Source of the DNA: the human T2T-CHM13v2.0 reference genome, Homo sapiens
Length of the DNA: 64,000 bases
Direction: 5' to 3' (one strand)
Assembly: GCF_009914755.1 (NCBI RefSeq)
Contig: NC_060928.1
Shown: in pieces, positions 29,060 to 42,549 of the stretch
Layout: the number at the start of each line of letters is the position of its first letter
Position numbering within the stretch: position 1 is the stretch's first letter
Program-made: the position numbers and the translations under genes
The notes under the pieces: generated by a model
Databases searched by the model: none
What the model saw: the letters and a program-made list of their open reading frames with translations, nothing else
Told to the model about the DNA's origin: nothing

Positions 29060-29205
29060 AAGTGCATAACAAGATCCCCCTTCCATGTGGTAAATGCAGC
29101 TCTGCAAAGAGCCCCTGGCTGGGCTGGGAGAGCTGAAAGGGAGCTGCCCTCTCCACTGAGCCTATTGTGCAGTGCACGACCTACACACCATATGTTGCAG
29201 CACAG
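29060..29205. mobile_element. MER91-like hAT-Tip100 MITE
   Basis: TTGTGCAGTGCACGACCTACACACCATATGTTGCAGC resembles a MER91 terminus. Confidence 0.5.
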
Positions 29206-29837
29206 CTCCTAAGAGTAGAAGGTGGCCTGGGAGCCTCATCCTGCTTTCGGTTCTGGTTCATTGACACCATTGCTATAAACAATTTCCTTGGAGCTTTGAT
29301 TCACAGCTTTCTTTCTGCTTTCCAAGTTATGGACTAGAAAATTGGAGCTTTGGGGACACACTGGCACCTATTTCGCAGAGCTCCTGCGGCTTTTTACGTC
29401 TCCCATCTGAATCCAGACCCAGGTGACCTAGCAGCTCCCAGACAGCTCTAGGGCCTGGAAACTGGGATCACAGAGAAATGTACAGACTTACACAACTTAA
29501 TTTTCTTCATCCTGACTGACAGGATGAGGACAGAAGGGAAGAGGAGGGAACTCTAAAGAAGCTTTAGAAGGCACTGACATTATAAGCTTGTGGATAGATA
29601 AGCAGCTCATGGGGAGTGGAGTGCGAAGCAGCAAACATGGGGGGAGAGATTGAGGGAGGCACCCCAGGGTGGGGAGCGGGGAGATCCTTATGTCTACACA
29701 TAACAACTGCTGTGAGAAAAGATGTGCAATTCAGTCCTGCATTGCTTATTTGGAAAATTAATTAGTAAGTGGTTAGCAAACAATGGTTCCACTGAACAGA
29801 ATATTAATCTTCCCCCAAATTTATTTAGACCCTAGGC

Positions 29838-29948
29838 ATAGAGGGGAGAGGAAGAAGGAAGGATCTGGCAGAGGAGGAGGGAGGGAGGGAGAGAAAGAGA
29901 AGGGTACAGGATGGGAAAGGATAGGAGAGGAGGGGAGGGAAGGCAGGA
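29838..29948. repeat. GA-rich low-complexity polypurine tract
   Basis: Directly visible. Confidence 0.8.
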
Positions 29949-31286
29949 CCTGTATCTGCTTTGTTCCCCAGGATCAAGCACAGGGCCCGGCCTGGAGAAG
30001 GTGCTCATTAACATGAGAGTGTATGAGTGAAAGAGAAGGGAGATTGCAATATTGACATCCGTGATTCTACTAAAAGCATCGCCAGTTGACTACAGTGAGA
30101 CATCTTACATTCCCACTGATCTGCTAAATATGTTATTTGGAGAGTCACCCCACACTCTTTGTAGCATAACTCATCAGTCTTGTCTACCGCCTATCTCATC
30201 ATCCTAGATTTAGTTCTTTTCCCCCTCCTGCAGGCAGTGTAAAGGCCAGCATCCCGCGCTCCTTGCCCTCTCGCCCTCTCCTGCTTCAGTTTTCCTGTTT
30301 TCTTGCCTGTAAGTGTCTGTTAGACACTTCCTCTGAGGTTTATTTGCAGTCTGACCTGTGAATCTTTGAAATATTCTCTCTCATGGTCTCACTCCAGTGA
30401 CACCATGAGCAAGGCATTGGTAATGACAGCTCATTTGGAGATATTAGCGGCTAGGCTGTTTTCTTTTATGCTGTCTAGGTGTAGGCTCTGGAAGAAGACG
30501 GAAGCACTGAAGGATGTTTCCTGAGTGAATTTGAACACTGTGCAGAAAAAAAACCTGGCTTCCTTTCATCTTTAAAATGTAATTGGGTCCAATCAGGTCT
30601 AAAATGATAGTGTCTGGAAGTCCACTCTCAGGAATGAGTCCTACCATTGGTCAACCCAGCCTCCTTGCCAGACCTTTCCAGATCTGTTCGGAACCCAGCT
30701 GCTGGAGTGGAGATTCAACATTCTGGGTATGGCATGTTTATTTCGAAACAATCATGAGGCTTGATTTGATGTAGTGAAAGAAATTAGTGCTTGCTGAATA
30801 CGGCCCAATTATTACAGCATTAATTCATACGGATTAGCAGCTGACATCGGCTGGGAAGCACACATCAGGACATTTCAATACGTTTGGCTAAAAAGAGCTG
30901 CCTCTCCATGGATGCCGAACTCCCCAGCTCCACCCCCAAGCCCAGATGATGACTCCATATGGGAATGACTTTCACATCAAGGGCATGTAGCGTTATTTTA
31001 ATATTAGCTGGCAAGGGACAAACAGAGGCATGGTTGGGAGATGCCCCGAAAGCTGGTCATCAAACAGATCCCCTTTAAGACCTACTTTTTCGCAAGCCCA
31101 GGTTCTAACCACTAAATGACTCTTCAAAGATGGAAGAAACTGGTACATGCTAATAGGAAACATAACCAAACACTTTCTTGTGAAGTATCAAATTTAGTAT
31201 GTGAATCTACACCTTGTGCAAGCAGTTAAGTATGTTCTCAGCTGCAAGTAACAGTAGCTTAAACAAATAAAGGACTGTTTACTTAC

Positions 31287-31490
31287 TGTTATGGAACTGA
31301 ACTGAGTCCTGCCCAAATTCATATGTTGGATCCCTAATCCCCACAACCTCAGAACGTGGCTGTATTTGGAGACAGGGCCTTTAGAGAGGTGACTGAGTTA
31401 AAATGAATCATGGCCCTTGGCTGGGCCCTTTATTATTCAGAATTCTCCACAGAAGCAGAACCATTAGGGTATGTACACACACACAGAGAT

Positions 31491-31526
<36 letters not shown>

Positions 31527-32256
31527 TAAGGAATTGGTTCACACAATTTTGGAGGCTGGTAGGTTCTAAGGTCCAAAATCTACAGGATGAGCAGGAAAAC
31601 TGGAGACCCAGGAGAGCCCATGTGTGAATTCCAGTCTGAGTTCCAATGCCTAAGAACTAGGAAAGCTGATGGTGTAAATAAATTCCAATCTAAAGGCCCA
31701 GAAAGAGCTAATGTTTCAGTTAGAGTCCAAAGGCTGGAAGAAAGCTGATGTTTCAGTTCAAAGGCCATCAGGCAGGAAGAATTCTCCTGTACTTATGGAA
31801 GGGCCAGCCTCTTTGTTCTCTTCAGGCCTGCAACTGATTGAATGAAGCCCACTTACATCAGGAACAGCAATCATTTTATTCAGTTTACCCATTTAAATGT
31901 TAATTTCATTCAGAACCACCCTCACAGACACACCCAGAATAATGTTTGACCAGCTATCTGGGAACCCAGCAGCGTAGTCAAGTTGACATGTAATATTGAC
32001 CACCATGGCCCAATCCAATCTGACTGGTGCCCTCATAAGAGGAAATTTGGACATACAAAGAGGCACTGGGGATGTACCCATTAAAAATAGCCATCTGCAA
32101 GCCACAGAGAAAGGCCTCAGAAGAAATCAAATCTGCCAATACCAACAGCTTGATCTTGGAGTTCTAGCCTCCAGAACCATGGGAAAGCAAATTTCTGTTG
32201 CTTAAGGCATCCGGTCTGTGGTATTTTGTTATGACAGTCCTAACTAACTAATATAC
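31287..32256 (+). mobile_element. MLT1B-like LTR, interrupted by MLT2 and lying inside an older MLT1J-like LTR (~31220-32620)
   Basis: TGTTATGGAACTGAA...GTATTTGGAGACAGGGCCTTT, resuming at AATCCAATCTGACTGGTG...CTAATATACA. Confidence 0.8.
31429..32006 (-). mobile_element. MLT2 (ERVL) solo LTR with an internal (CA)n tract
   Basis: TTCTCCACAGAAGCAGAACCA...AAGGAATTGG...AACTGATTGAATGAAGCCCAC...CAAGTTGACA. TSD GGCCC at 31424-31428 and 32007-32011. Confidence 0.8.
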
Positions 32257-33217
32257 ACACACAGCAAGAAGTCAAAGGATAGACAGCTGCTGGTGCTGGT
32301 TCCACAGTTCAGTGGCATCCAGACACATGTCTTTAGGATTCTTTTTGGCCTCTTTTTATGTATTAGACCCATGGTCACATGATGGCTACGGCACCCCAGG
32401 CAGGAAGAAGCAGTAGGAGATAGGAATTTATCTCTGTGAGGCTTCAGGAAGAAATAACCTCTCCAATACACAGCTGCCTACGTCTATTGGCCAAAACTGC
32501 GTGGCCACTATGATTTGTAAGAGAAGCTAAAAATTAAAGTATGAACCTTCCCAGACTTTACAGTGAAAGAAGGCAAGGGAGAGGGAGTTGGGATTGTATG
32601 TTGAATGAGCCTTCCTACAATACCTGTCACAACTTGGTTAACAGAAAGAATTTCATGCCAGGAATGTTTTGCACACAGTGGACACTAGATAAAGTCATTG
32701 TGACTGAAATGGTGAGGTTGAGTGTTTGTGATTCTCATCAGGCATGTTTTCTGTCCCTCCTCAGATCCCCTTGGTACCATCATTTCTGGGCCCCTTGGCC
32801 ACTGGCTTTTTCTCACTCTATAGAGACCCACCAGATCCATTTGGGCCTGAGCAGTTTCAGCATTTGGGGTTGCTTGCCAAGAGGGTCAGACCCTCCCTGT
32901 AGGGACTGCTGTATCCCAAGGCTCATTAGCCATGTGGCCTTCTGTTTCTAGGTTTCTGTTGTTGTTTTGCCACTCCTGGTTTTGAATGAAACATTTCACC
33001 CTAAGGTTCTGGCTTCCCAAGCAGCTCCCAGCAAAGCCAGGTATTGCTGGGAGATATGAGAAGAGTCAATTCCCCCGTGGAGTAAAATTTGACCAAAGGC
33101 AAATAGGGAATGAGAGAAAGTCCAGTAAATTCCCTCTTTCTTTCCTCTGTGGACTTCTACAAGATATGGTTTCTCTGTACATCCTCATTGGAGATGTCCA
33201 CACAACTGAGTAGACAC

Positions 33218-33674
33218 TGGATTAATTTTTTTGTGGCTGCTATAACAAATTACCACAGACTGGGTGGTTTTAAATAGGAATTTATTCTCTCACAGTTCTG
33301 GAGGCCAGAAGTTCAAAATCAAGGTATTGGCAGGGCCTCATTTCCTCCAAAGGCTCTAGGGGAGATTCAGTTCTTTGCTTCTTCCAGGTTCTGGCAGCTT
33401 CAAGCATTCCTTGGTTTGTGGTCACACCACTCCAATCATTGGCTCCATGGTCACATTGCCTCCTCCTCTGCTGCCTGTCAAATCTCTCATGTCTCTTGTG
33501 AGGACACTCGACATTAGATTCAGGGCCCATCTAGATAATGCAGGATGTTCTCTTCATCTCAAGATCCTTAATTACATCTGCAAAACCCCCTTTTCCAAAT
33601 GAGGTCACATTCATAGGTTCCAGGAATTAGAATGTGGACATATCTTTTGAGGGGCCACCATTCAGCCCACCACA
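33218..33674 (-). mobile_element. MLT1C-like LTR
   Basis: GGCTGCTATAACAAATTACCACAGACTGGGTGG...CCATTCAGCCCACCACA. Confidence 0.8.
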
Positions 33675-33846
33675 GACACCCTCACTGAACAATGAACAAG
33701 GCTGTGTCTCTTCACAGCTCATCATGAAGCAGTGGCTGGAATAGAAACGTATCCACCTTGCATTGCTCCCCTGTCATTTCTTTTGTTCTTGTTCTCACTG
33801 TCTGGAGAATGCACCTCTTAAATGAAGCATCAGTACTCAATACTTG

Positions 33847-34212
33847 TGATAAGGTTTAGCTGTGTCCCCACCCAAATCTCATCTTGAGTCGTAGCTCCCA
33901 TAATCCCCACATGTCATGGGAGGGACCCAGTGGGAGGTAATTGAATCATGGGGGTGGTTTTTTCCCATGCTGTTCTTGTGATAGTGAATAAGCTTCACAA
34001 GAGCTGATGGTTTTATAAAAGGCAATTCCCCTGCACACTCTTTCTTGCCTGCTGCCACATAAGACGTGACTTTGCTCCTCCTTTGCCTTCCACCATGATT
34101 GTGAGGCCCCCTCAGCCATGTGGAACTATGAGTCCATTAAACCTCTTTTACTTTATAAATTACCCAATCTCGGGTATTTCTTCATAGCACTGTGAAAATG
34201 GACTAATATACA
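33847..34212 (+). mobile_element. THE1 (C/D-like) solo LTR
   Basis: TGATAAGGTTTAGCTGTGTCCCCACCCAAATCTCATCTTG ... GGACTAATATACA. TSD ACTTG/CCTTG. Confidence 0.88.
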
Positions 34213-34286
34213 CCTTGCCTCAGGCTCTGTTTTCAAGAAGATGAAGACTTAAATAATAATTAAACAATAATGTTACAGATCCTAGT

Positions 34287-34548
34287 TGTCTTAGTCAATT
34301 TAGACTGCTATAATGAAAGACCATAGAGTGGGTGCCTTGTAGCTGGGTTTTCACATGGTAGAAAGAGCAAGCTAGCTTTCTGGGATCTCTTTTATAAGGA
34401 CACTAATTTCATTCAGAGGGTCCTACCCTTATTATCTAATCACCTCCCAAAAGCCTTGCCTCCTACTACTGTCACTTTGTGGGTTAGGATTTTAACATAT
34501 GAATTTGGGACAGGACATAGAGGATACAAGCATTCAGTCCATAGCAAT
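34287..34548 (-). mobile_element. MLT1A-like LTR with internal deletion
   Basis: TGTCTTAGTCAATTTAGACTGCTATAA ... CATTCAGTCCATAGCA. Confidence 0.7.
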
Positions 34549-34809
34549 AGTGTATACAGACAGACCCTAAGCTTTGACATCAGAGAGACTTAAATTCAAG
34601 TCCAGGCTCAGCAAATTGGTAGCCATGTAACCTCAGGCAGGTCATTCACTTATCCTCTCTAAGCCCAGAGTTTTCACTTTTTAATATGAGTAATAATAAT
34701 TCTTAGTTGTAGGGACATTACAGAGATAAAGTGAAATTATGTTTGCCAAATACTCAGCAAAAACATGTAATAGGTACCCAATACATGTTAGCTATTATGA
34801 ATATTAATA

Positions 34810-37152
34810 CAGGCATACCTCAGAGATATTGCAGGTTCAGTTCCAGACCACTGTAATAAAGTTAATAATGCAATAAAGAAAGTCACACACATTTTTTGGT
34901 TTCACAGTACACATTAAAGTTATGGTTATACTATACTGTAGTCTATTAAGTGTGCAATAGCGCTATGTCTAAAAAAACAATGCACATACCTTAATTTAAA
35001 AATATTTTATTGCTAAAAAATGCTAACATTCATCTGAGCCTTCAGCAAGTTGCAATTCTGCTGGTGAAGGGTCTTACCTTAATGTTGATGGTTGCTGACT
35101 GATCAGGGTGGCGGTAGCTGAAGATTAGAGTGGCTGTGGCAATTCATTAAAATAAGACAGCAATAAAATTTACCACATCAATTGACTCTTCCTTTCATGA
35201 AAGATTTCTCTGTAGCATGTGATGCTGTATGATAGCATTTTACCCACAGTAGAACTTCTTTCATAATTGGACTGAATCCTCTCAAGCACTACTGCTACTT
35301 TATCAACTATGTAATATTCTAAATGCGTTGTTTTCATTTCCACAATATTTGCAGCATCTTCACTAGGAGTAAATTCCATCTCTAAAACCATTTTATTTGC
35401 TCATTCATAAGAAGCAACACCTCATCCATTAAAGTTTTATCAGGAGATTACAGCTATTCAGTCCCATCTTCAGGCTCCACCTCTAATTCTAGTTCTCTTG
35501 CTATTTCCACCACATCTGCAGTTACTTCCTCCACTGAAGTCTTGAGCCTCTGAAAGTCATCCACGAGGGTTGGAATCAATTTCTTCCAAATCCTGTTACT
35601 GTGGATATTTTGACCTCCTCCCATGAATCATGAGTGTTCATAATGGCATCTAGAATGGTAAATTCTTTCCAGAAGGTTTCAACTTACTTTGCCCAGATTC
35701 ATCAGAGGAATTATTATGTATGGCAGCTATAGACTTACAACATATATTTATTAATTAATAAGACTTGAAGTCAAAATTACTCCTTGATCCATGGGCTGCA
35801 GAATGGGTGTTATGTTAGCAGGGATGAAACATTTCTCTTATACATCTCCATCAGAGCACTTGGGTGACTAGAAACATTGTCCATGAGCAGTAATATTTTC
35901 GAAGAAATCTTTTTTTTCTAGCAGTAGGTCTCAGCAGTGGGCTTAAAATATTCAGTAAACTATGCTCTAAACAGGTGTGCTGTCATTCAGGTTTGTTATT
36001 CCATCTACAGAACATGGGAGGAGTAGATTTAGTATAACTCCTTAAGGGATTTAGAATTTTCAGAATGGTAAATGGGCATTGCCTTTAACTTAAAGACACC
36101 AGTTGCATTAGCTCCTTACAAGAGAGTCAGCCTGACCTTTGAAGCTTTGAAGCCAGGCATTGACTTCTCCTCTCTAGCTATAAAAGTCTTAGATGAAATC
36201 TTCTTCCAAAAAAGGCTGTTTTATCTACATTGAAAATCTGTTGTTTAGTGTAGCCACCTTCATCAATGATCTTGGCTAAATCTTCTGGATAACCTGATGC
36301 AGCTTCTACAGCCACACTTGCTGCTTCATCTTGCACTTTTATGTTATAGAGACAGCTTCTTTCCTTAAGCCTCATGAACCAACCTCTTCCAGCTTCAAAC
36401 TTTTCTTCTCCAGCTTTCTCACATCTCTCAGCCTTCATAGAATTGAAGAGACTTAGGGCCTTTCTCTGGATTGGGCTTTGGCTTATGGGACTACTGTGGC
36501 TGGTTTGATCTTTTATATGGATCACTAAAACTTTTCCCATATCAGCAATAAGGCTGTTTCACTTGCTTACGATTCATGCGTTCACTGGAGGAGCACTTTG
36601 AATTTCCTTCAAGAACTTTTCCTTTGCATTCACAGCTCGATTAACTGTTTGATGCAAGAGACTTCGCTTTTGGCCTATCTCAGCTTTCATCATGCTTTTC
36701 TCACTAAAATTTCTAGCTTTTGATTTAAAGTGAGAGACGTGAGATTCTTCCTTTTACTTGAAGGCCATTGTAGGGTTATTAATTGGCCTAATTTCAATAT
36801 TGCTGTAGAAAAGGAATGAGGAAGCCCCAGGAGACAGGCCTATCAGGGATGCACTCAGAATATACACAACATTAATTGATTAAGTTTGGCATCTTCCATA
36901 GGTGTGGTTTGTGGCACCCCAAAATGATTTCAATAGTACTCCATCACAGATATAATAATAATGAAAAAGTTTGAAATATTTGGAGAATTACCAAAATGTG
37001 ATACAGAGTCACAAAGTAAGTGTATTTTGTTGGAAAAAAGGTGATGCCAATAGACTCGCTTAACACAGGGTTTCCATAAATCTTCATTTCGTAAAAAACA
37101 CAGTATCTGAGATGTGCCACAAAACAAAGTGAAACAAAATGAGGTGTGCCTG
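34810..37152 (-). mobile_element. Near-full-length Tigger1 (Tc1/mariner-pogo) DNA transposon with decayed transposase
   Basis: TIRs CAGGCATACCTC and GAGGTGTGCCTG, with TA on the left. ORFs 36178-36540 ([31 protein letters not shown]) and 35170-35391 match Tigger1 transposase. ATG at 36768. Confidence 0.93.
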
Positions 37153-39820
37153 TGTACAAACGGATATTAGCAAAATATTCCCTAAGGCCATCTGCAGTGA
37201 AGTAACTCTCTTCGGGCTCTGGGACAATGGTGGATGGTGTCCACAGGACAACGTGGGCTCACTCCCACAGTGTAGACAAGAGATCGTAGTTTCCTTGCAG
37301 CTCCCAACATGCGCATTTGAAGAACAGCAGAAATGGTCATCCCATACATCATTATGTCAGTGTTCACTGAGATAATAAAGTTTCAAGATCTTTTATGACT
37401 TCGCTCCAATTGACTAGTCCATTTTATTTCCTGCTTTTCCCTCCATGGGTCCTAACTTCTTGCGTTGCTGGTCCATTGCCAGCTAAACAGACTCAACTTC
37501 ATGCTGTACTTACTACCTCAAATGCCCTCCTACCATTCATTCATGCACAAATTACAATTCTAAATGCTTTGCTGCATTATCTTATTTAAGTACTGGAGCA
37601 GAATGAAGAAAAAAAAGGCAACCTCTCCCTTTATATAATTTATGTAACAGATTAGAGAAGAGAAAAATACTTACGTTATTCTAATGAAGTACGGTCAGGC
37701 TTCAGAAAGAGAAACTCCTGAGTGATATAGGAACAAAGAGCAGAGAAATCAAACCTATTATCTGCTTACCCAAACCTACCCATTCTGCAAGGCTTAGGTC
37801 ACAAACTAGCCCTTCACCACTCAGCAATCCTCTCACACTCATCAGAACAAACTGCTCCTCTGTGTTTAATATATTTTACTTAGTCATATTAAACAGCACT
37901 TGCTTTATGCTATGCTTTGAGATAAATACTTGATCTTGATGTACATTGTATCATTGAACCTTTACAATACTCCTATTAAATAAATTATTCATATTTTATA
38001 GGCAAAGAAGCTGAAGTTTAGAGACTTATGTAAGCAGATCTTTGCGCCAATACTTCCCTCTTTCAGGAATCCTCTTCCGATTGTTGCCTGGCTGCCTCCT
38101 TCCTTAGGTCTAAACTTGGTTGTCACCTCTTCCAAGAAGCCTTCCTTGACCATCCATTCTTAAACCGCCACCATGTCAACTCACTCTTCCCCATTACTCT
38201 ATTTTCTTCAGAGAGCACTATCACTCTCTGAAATTATACTTTTTATTTATTTGTTTGCATGCTTATTGTCTGTCTTCCTCTGTTAGAATGTGTAAGTACA
38301 ATTAGGTCAATAAAGGTCTTTTTCTCTAAGTCAGGTCATTCTGAATCTTTGGCATTTAGAGAACTATCTGGTACATAGCAGGCATTCATTGGATGAATTA
38401 ATAATATAACCAAAGTCATATAGCTGGTAAGTGGTAGAGTTCAGATTTCAACCTATGTTTGTCTTTCTCCAAAGTCTAGGATTTAATTCCTTTTATAGAC
38501 TTTATTCTATGCATCTTGCTTTGGAATTGGTTTTTTTTGGTTGTTGGTTTTTTTTTTTTTGGTTTTGTTTTTTGTTTTTTTTTTTTAACTCTTTGTCCTG
38601 TATGGTTCTGAAGGCAATGGCAACCATGACATAGACATCTTTGTGCCTCTCCTAGCTCCTATCAGGATACCACCTTGCTCCCCAGACACCGCACCCATAT
38701 TTGCAGAGATGAATTGAATGTGTTTCCATGACAACACCAGAGGAGGAAGAGGGGCTCTGAGGCCCCGTATGATTTTCCTCTCCTCTCCACTGAGGCTAGC
38801 ATCACAGGCTGTGGAAGCTTCCCCCTGAGAGCTCTCAGCAGGTAGGTCAACAGGCGAGCCTCAGGCCCGAGGTGCCACTCATGGTCTTGAAAGGAAGGCA
38901 TCACCTTGGCGCTGAGCTAGCTGGCTGTCTGTGCAGTGTGGCTTGAGTGATCCACATTCCAGGGATGGAGATTTCAGCTCAGCCTCCATCTGAGGATTAA
39001 GGGTAAAGTCCTTGAGTTTATTGGAAGAGAATCATAGTCCTTATGGCAAAAAAAAAAAAAAAAAACAGAACAAAAACAAAAACAAAAAACCTTGCTTGTC
39101 CCCATTACTGAGGGAGGGGTTCTTCCCACTGAGAGTAGCCGGGCATTTCAGTGGGAGGACAGCCATTGTTTCACACGGGGAGTGGACATAGCTCAGCAAA
39201 AAGGCTCCCTGACACATGATAGCTTCCTGCCCTGTCTCTGACTCTTGACTTTTCACATTTTCCCTTAGCAAAAATAACTGATGGAAACTTACAAAACTCC
39301 CCACTCAGTCCCCTTTCTCTGTTCCTTTGGAAAGATGGGGCAGTGAAGCATTTCTTTAGGGTTTACAAAAAAAAAAAAATCACTCTGTTGTCATCAGAAG
39401 AGCCAGAGGAATAAAGAAGTCAAAGTGGCTCCTGGGCAGAGTGCCAGGTTGGCAACCCTGAAGGCAAACCATGACCCCCTGCCCCCTAGAGCCACCCAGA
39501 AGGTATGAGCTGCAGGAAGGTCAGCCGCCTCTCCAACTTTTCCTCCAGGGAACCAGCCACAGTGAAGAGAGCTGCCTCTCCTTCACTATGCTTTCCTTTT
39601 TGGATAGAGATTTGGAAAAGGCAGTCCACTTTCATGAATTGGCAGATAAGGCAGCTGCCTATGATTTGACAGCAGCCAGACAGGATATCTTCCCTCAAGA
39701 TATCTCCCTATTGCCTAAATTTCCTCCATTAGTGGGATTCCCTTGAGTGTTACAGCATTAGTCTTAGAGAGAATGCTACTAAAATGCAAACTCTCCTGGA
39801 AAGGTTAATAGTCCACTAGG

Positions 39821-40039
39821 TAGGGGTCAGCAAAGTTTTTCTGTAAAGGGCGAGATGGTAGATATTTTAGGTATGTGGAACGTACAATCTCTGTTGCAGC
39901 TACTTACCTCTACCTTTGGTGCAAGAGCAGTCAAAACTAGTATGTAAATGAATGGGCACGGCTGTGCTCCAATAAACTTTATTTACAAAACCTGGCAGCA
40001 GGCTGGATTTGGCCCATGGGCCATAATTTGCCAACCTAG
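39821..40039. mobile_element. MER58A hAT-Charlie MITE
   Basis: TAGGGGTCAGCAAAGTTTTTCTGTAAAGGGC...CCAATAAACTTTATTTACAAAA...GGATTTGGCCC...TTTGCCAACC. Flanks CCACTAGG/GCACTAGA. Confidence 0.85.
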
Positions 40040-40495
40040 CACTAGACTATAAATCAGTGACTTTTCTTACCACCTCTTTATCCCTAGTGCCTTTCATGTG
40101 AGCTACACAGTGAAGAGTTGCTGAAATAGTTTTGTTAAAGTACTTAGCCAACAACAGTTCAAGATAACTAATCTGTCCAGAAGTAGACTCGAGATAGGTG
40201 GATACAGTGGGAGTCTCCAACGGTTAAGAACTGAGGAGACAGGGCTCTAAAATCAAATTTACCAACTTACCACTTTTAACCAAACAGATCCCATTGGTTA
40301 TAGTCATAAGTCTCAGAATCCTGTAACTGGCTGAGATTCCTGAATTCTCCATGTCAGACCAGTGTAAAGTAAAGGCTAAGAGCAATGGAAATTAGTGACA
40401 AGCAAGGAACCCTGAGCGTGGTTGCTCTTTCTGGTTTTGGCACTTTTGTTAAATCCCTGTACTCCAGAAAGGTATTTGCTCCTGTCATTCCATAG

Positions 40496-40852
<357 letters not shown>

Positions 40853-41134
40853 TGTTTTTTAAAAAGTCAGCTCTGCAATTCCATATCCTACTCACCTTAT
40901 TTTCTCCCTTGATGCAGTTACATCCCTGTGGGAATCATGGCATCTAAAGTCTGCCTGTTGGTGTCTTTCAGGATGGTGGAAATCAGGATGGTGAATTTCA
41001 GCATTGATTTTAGGAGATGATAACTACCGCCACCTTAACTTCAACTGTTTTCTGGACTACTTTCTTGATTTAGTAGAGACTGGACCAGAAAGGCCTGAGT
41101 TGTGTGTAGGCTTGCAGTTCCAGACATTTGGGGA

Positions 41135-41530
41135 TCTTGCCTCAGCAGGACAGGTAAGGATATGCTGCAACAACAACAACAACAACAAAACAGAATTATA
41201 GTTTCTTAACACAACCCGCTTGTATTTATTGCTCATGTTACATGTTCAACATGGCTTGGCAGACAGGCTGTTCTCATCGTTGTCATTCCTGGACCCAGAT
41301 AACATAGGATCTGTCATGATATGTGCCTTCTCGGTCATCTCCTTAGGGGAAAGGGCATGACAAATCTTACACCAGCTTCCAAAGCCTCTGCCCAGAAGTG
41401 TTATATCTGTTCACATTTCATTGACAAAACAAGTGACATGCCACATGGAACTCCAAAATAGTGTGAAGACCAATCCTACCACATGCCTGGAAGGATGAAA
41501 TAATTGTAGGCAGGCCACATGACTACTATA
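41135..41530 (-). mobile_element. Old MLT1J-like LTR
   Basis: GATATGCTGCAACAAC...TTTATTGCTCATGTTACATGT...CACATTTCATTGACAAAACAAGTGACATG. Confidence 0.55.
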
Positions 41531-42123
41531 GAATCCGAAAAAAGGGTCATGCATGAAGAGTCAAGTAACCTCATGGGAAAGATACCTAACTAGAAGTTGA
41601 GTACTGATACTGCAGGGAAAATTCTGAAGACCCTAAGAACAGAAGTTAATCTGAATATTTCCGGTGGTGTAGCAGATAAAAGGAACACTCATGGAGGGAA
41701 GAAAAATTCTTCAGGGCCAAGCTGGAGTGAGGTATGGGCTGGGCGGTCACTGAGTACAATTGACACTCCGCAATGAAAGAAACCATCAGACTGCCTTCTT
41801 TCTGGAAGAAACAACTGTTTTAAAAGTCTGAGGCAACTGCAATGTGGTTATACTAGATTATGTATAAAACAAAGGGAACAAGGAGTACTTCTTGTAGTTC
41901 CAGCACAGAGATAGTTCTGAGAGGAGATAACATGATCAGCGTGGGAAGACATGACAGATTCTGATGGAGAAGACAATGGAGAGATGAGGAAAAAGGTGGT
42001 GTGCCTGCCTCATTCTGGCCTACCAGTCACACCCTCTATGTACCATGGCACCAGTGTGTAAGGGCAAAAGCAAGAGGCCTCAGAGCAAGACTTGTATAGT
42101 TGTGCAGGTTGGGGACTGCACAA

Positions 42124-42549
42124 TGTCTCAGTTAGGCTGCTATAATAAAGTACCACAAGAAGTACTCCTTGTTTTATGCATTATCTAGTATAGCAACCAG
42201 TCAGGCTGCTATAACAAAGTACCATAGACTGGGTGGCTGATAAATAACAGAAATTTATTTCTTACAGTTCTGGGGGCTGAAAATCTGAGATAAGGGTGAC
42301 AGCAAGATCGGATTCTGGTGAAGGCCCTCTTCCAGGTTGCAGACTACCATCTTCTTGTTGTATCCTCACATTGCAGAAGAGCCAAAGCAGCTCTCTGGGG
42401 TCTCTTTGATAAGGGCACTAATCCCATTCATAAGGAATCCCCTCCTTGACCTAATCACCTCCCAAAGGCCCCACCTCCCATTACCTTCACATTGGTGGTT
42501 AGGATTCCAACACACGAATTTGGGAGGTACACATTCAGTCCATAGCACA
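42124..42549 (-). mobile_element. MLT1A-like LTR inside a MER91-like MITE (~42082-42643)
   Basis: GGCTGCTATAACAAAGTACCATAGACTGGGTGGC...ACATTCAGTCCATAGCA. Flanks GTTGTGCAGGTTG...TGCACAA and GTGGCAGCCCTG. Confidence 0.8.
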
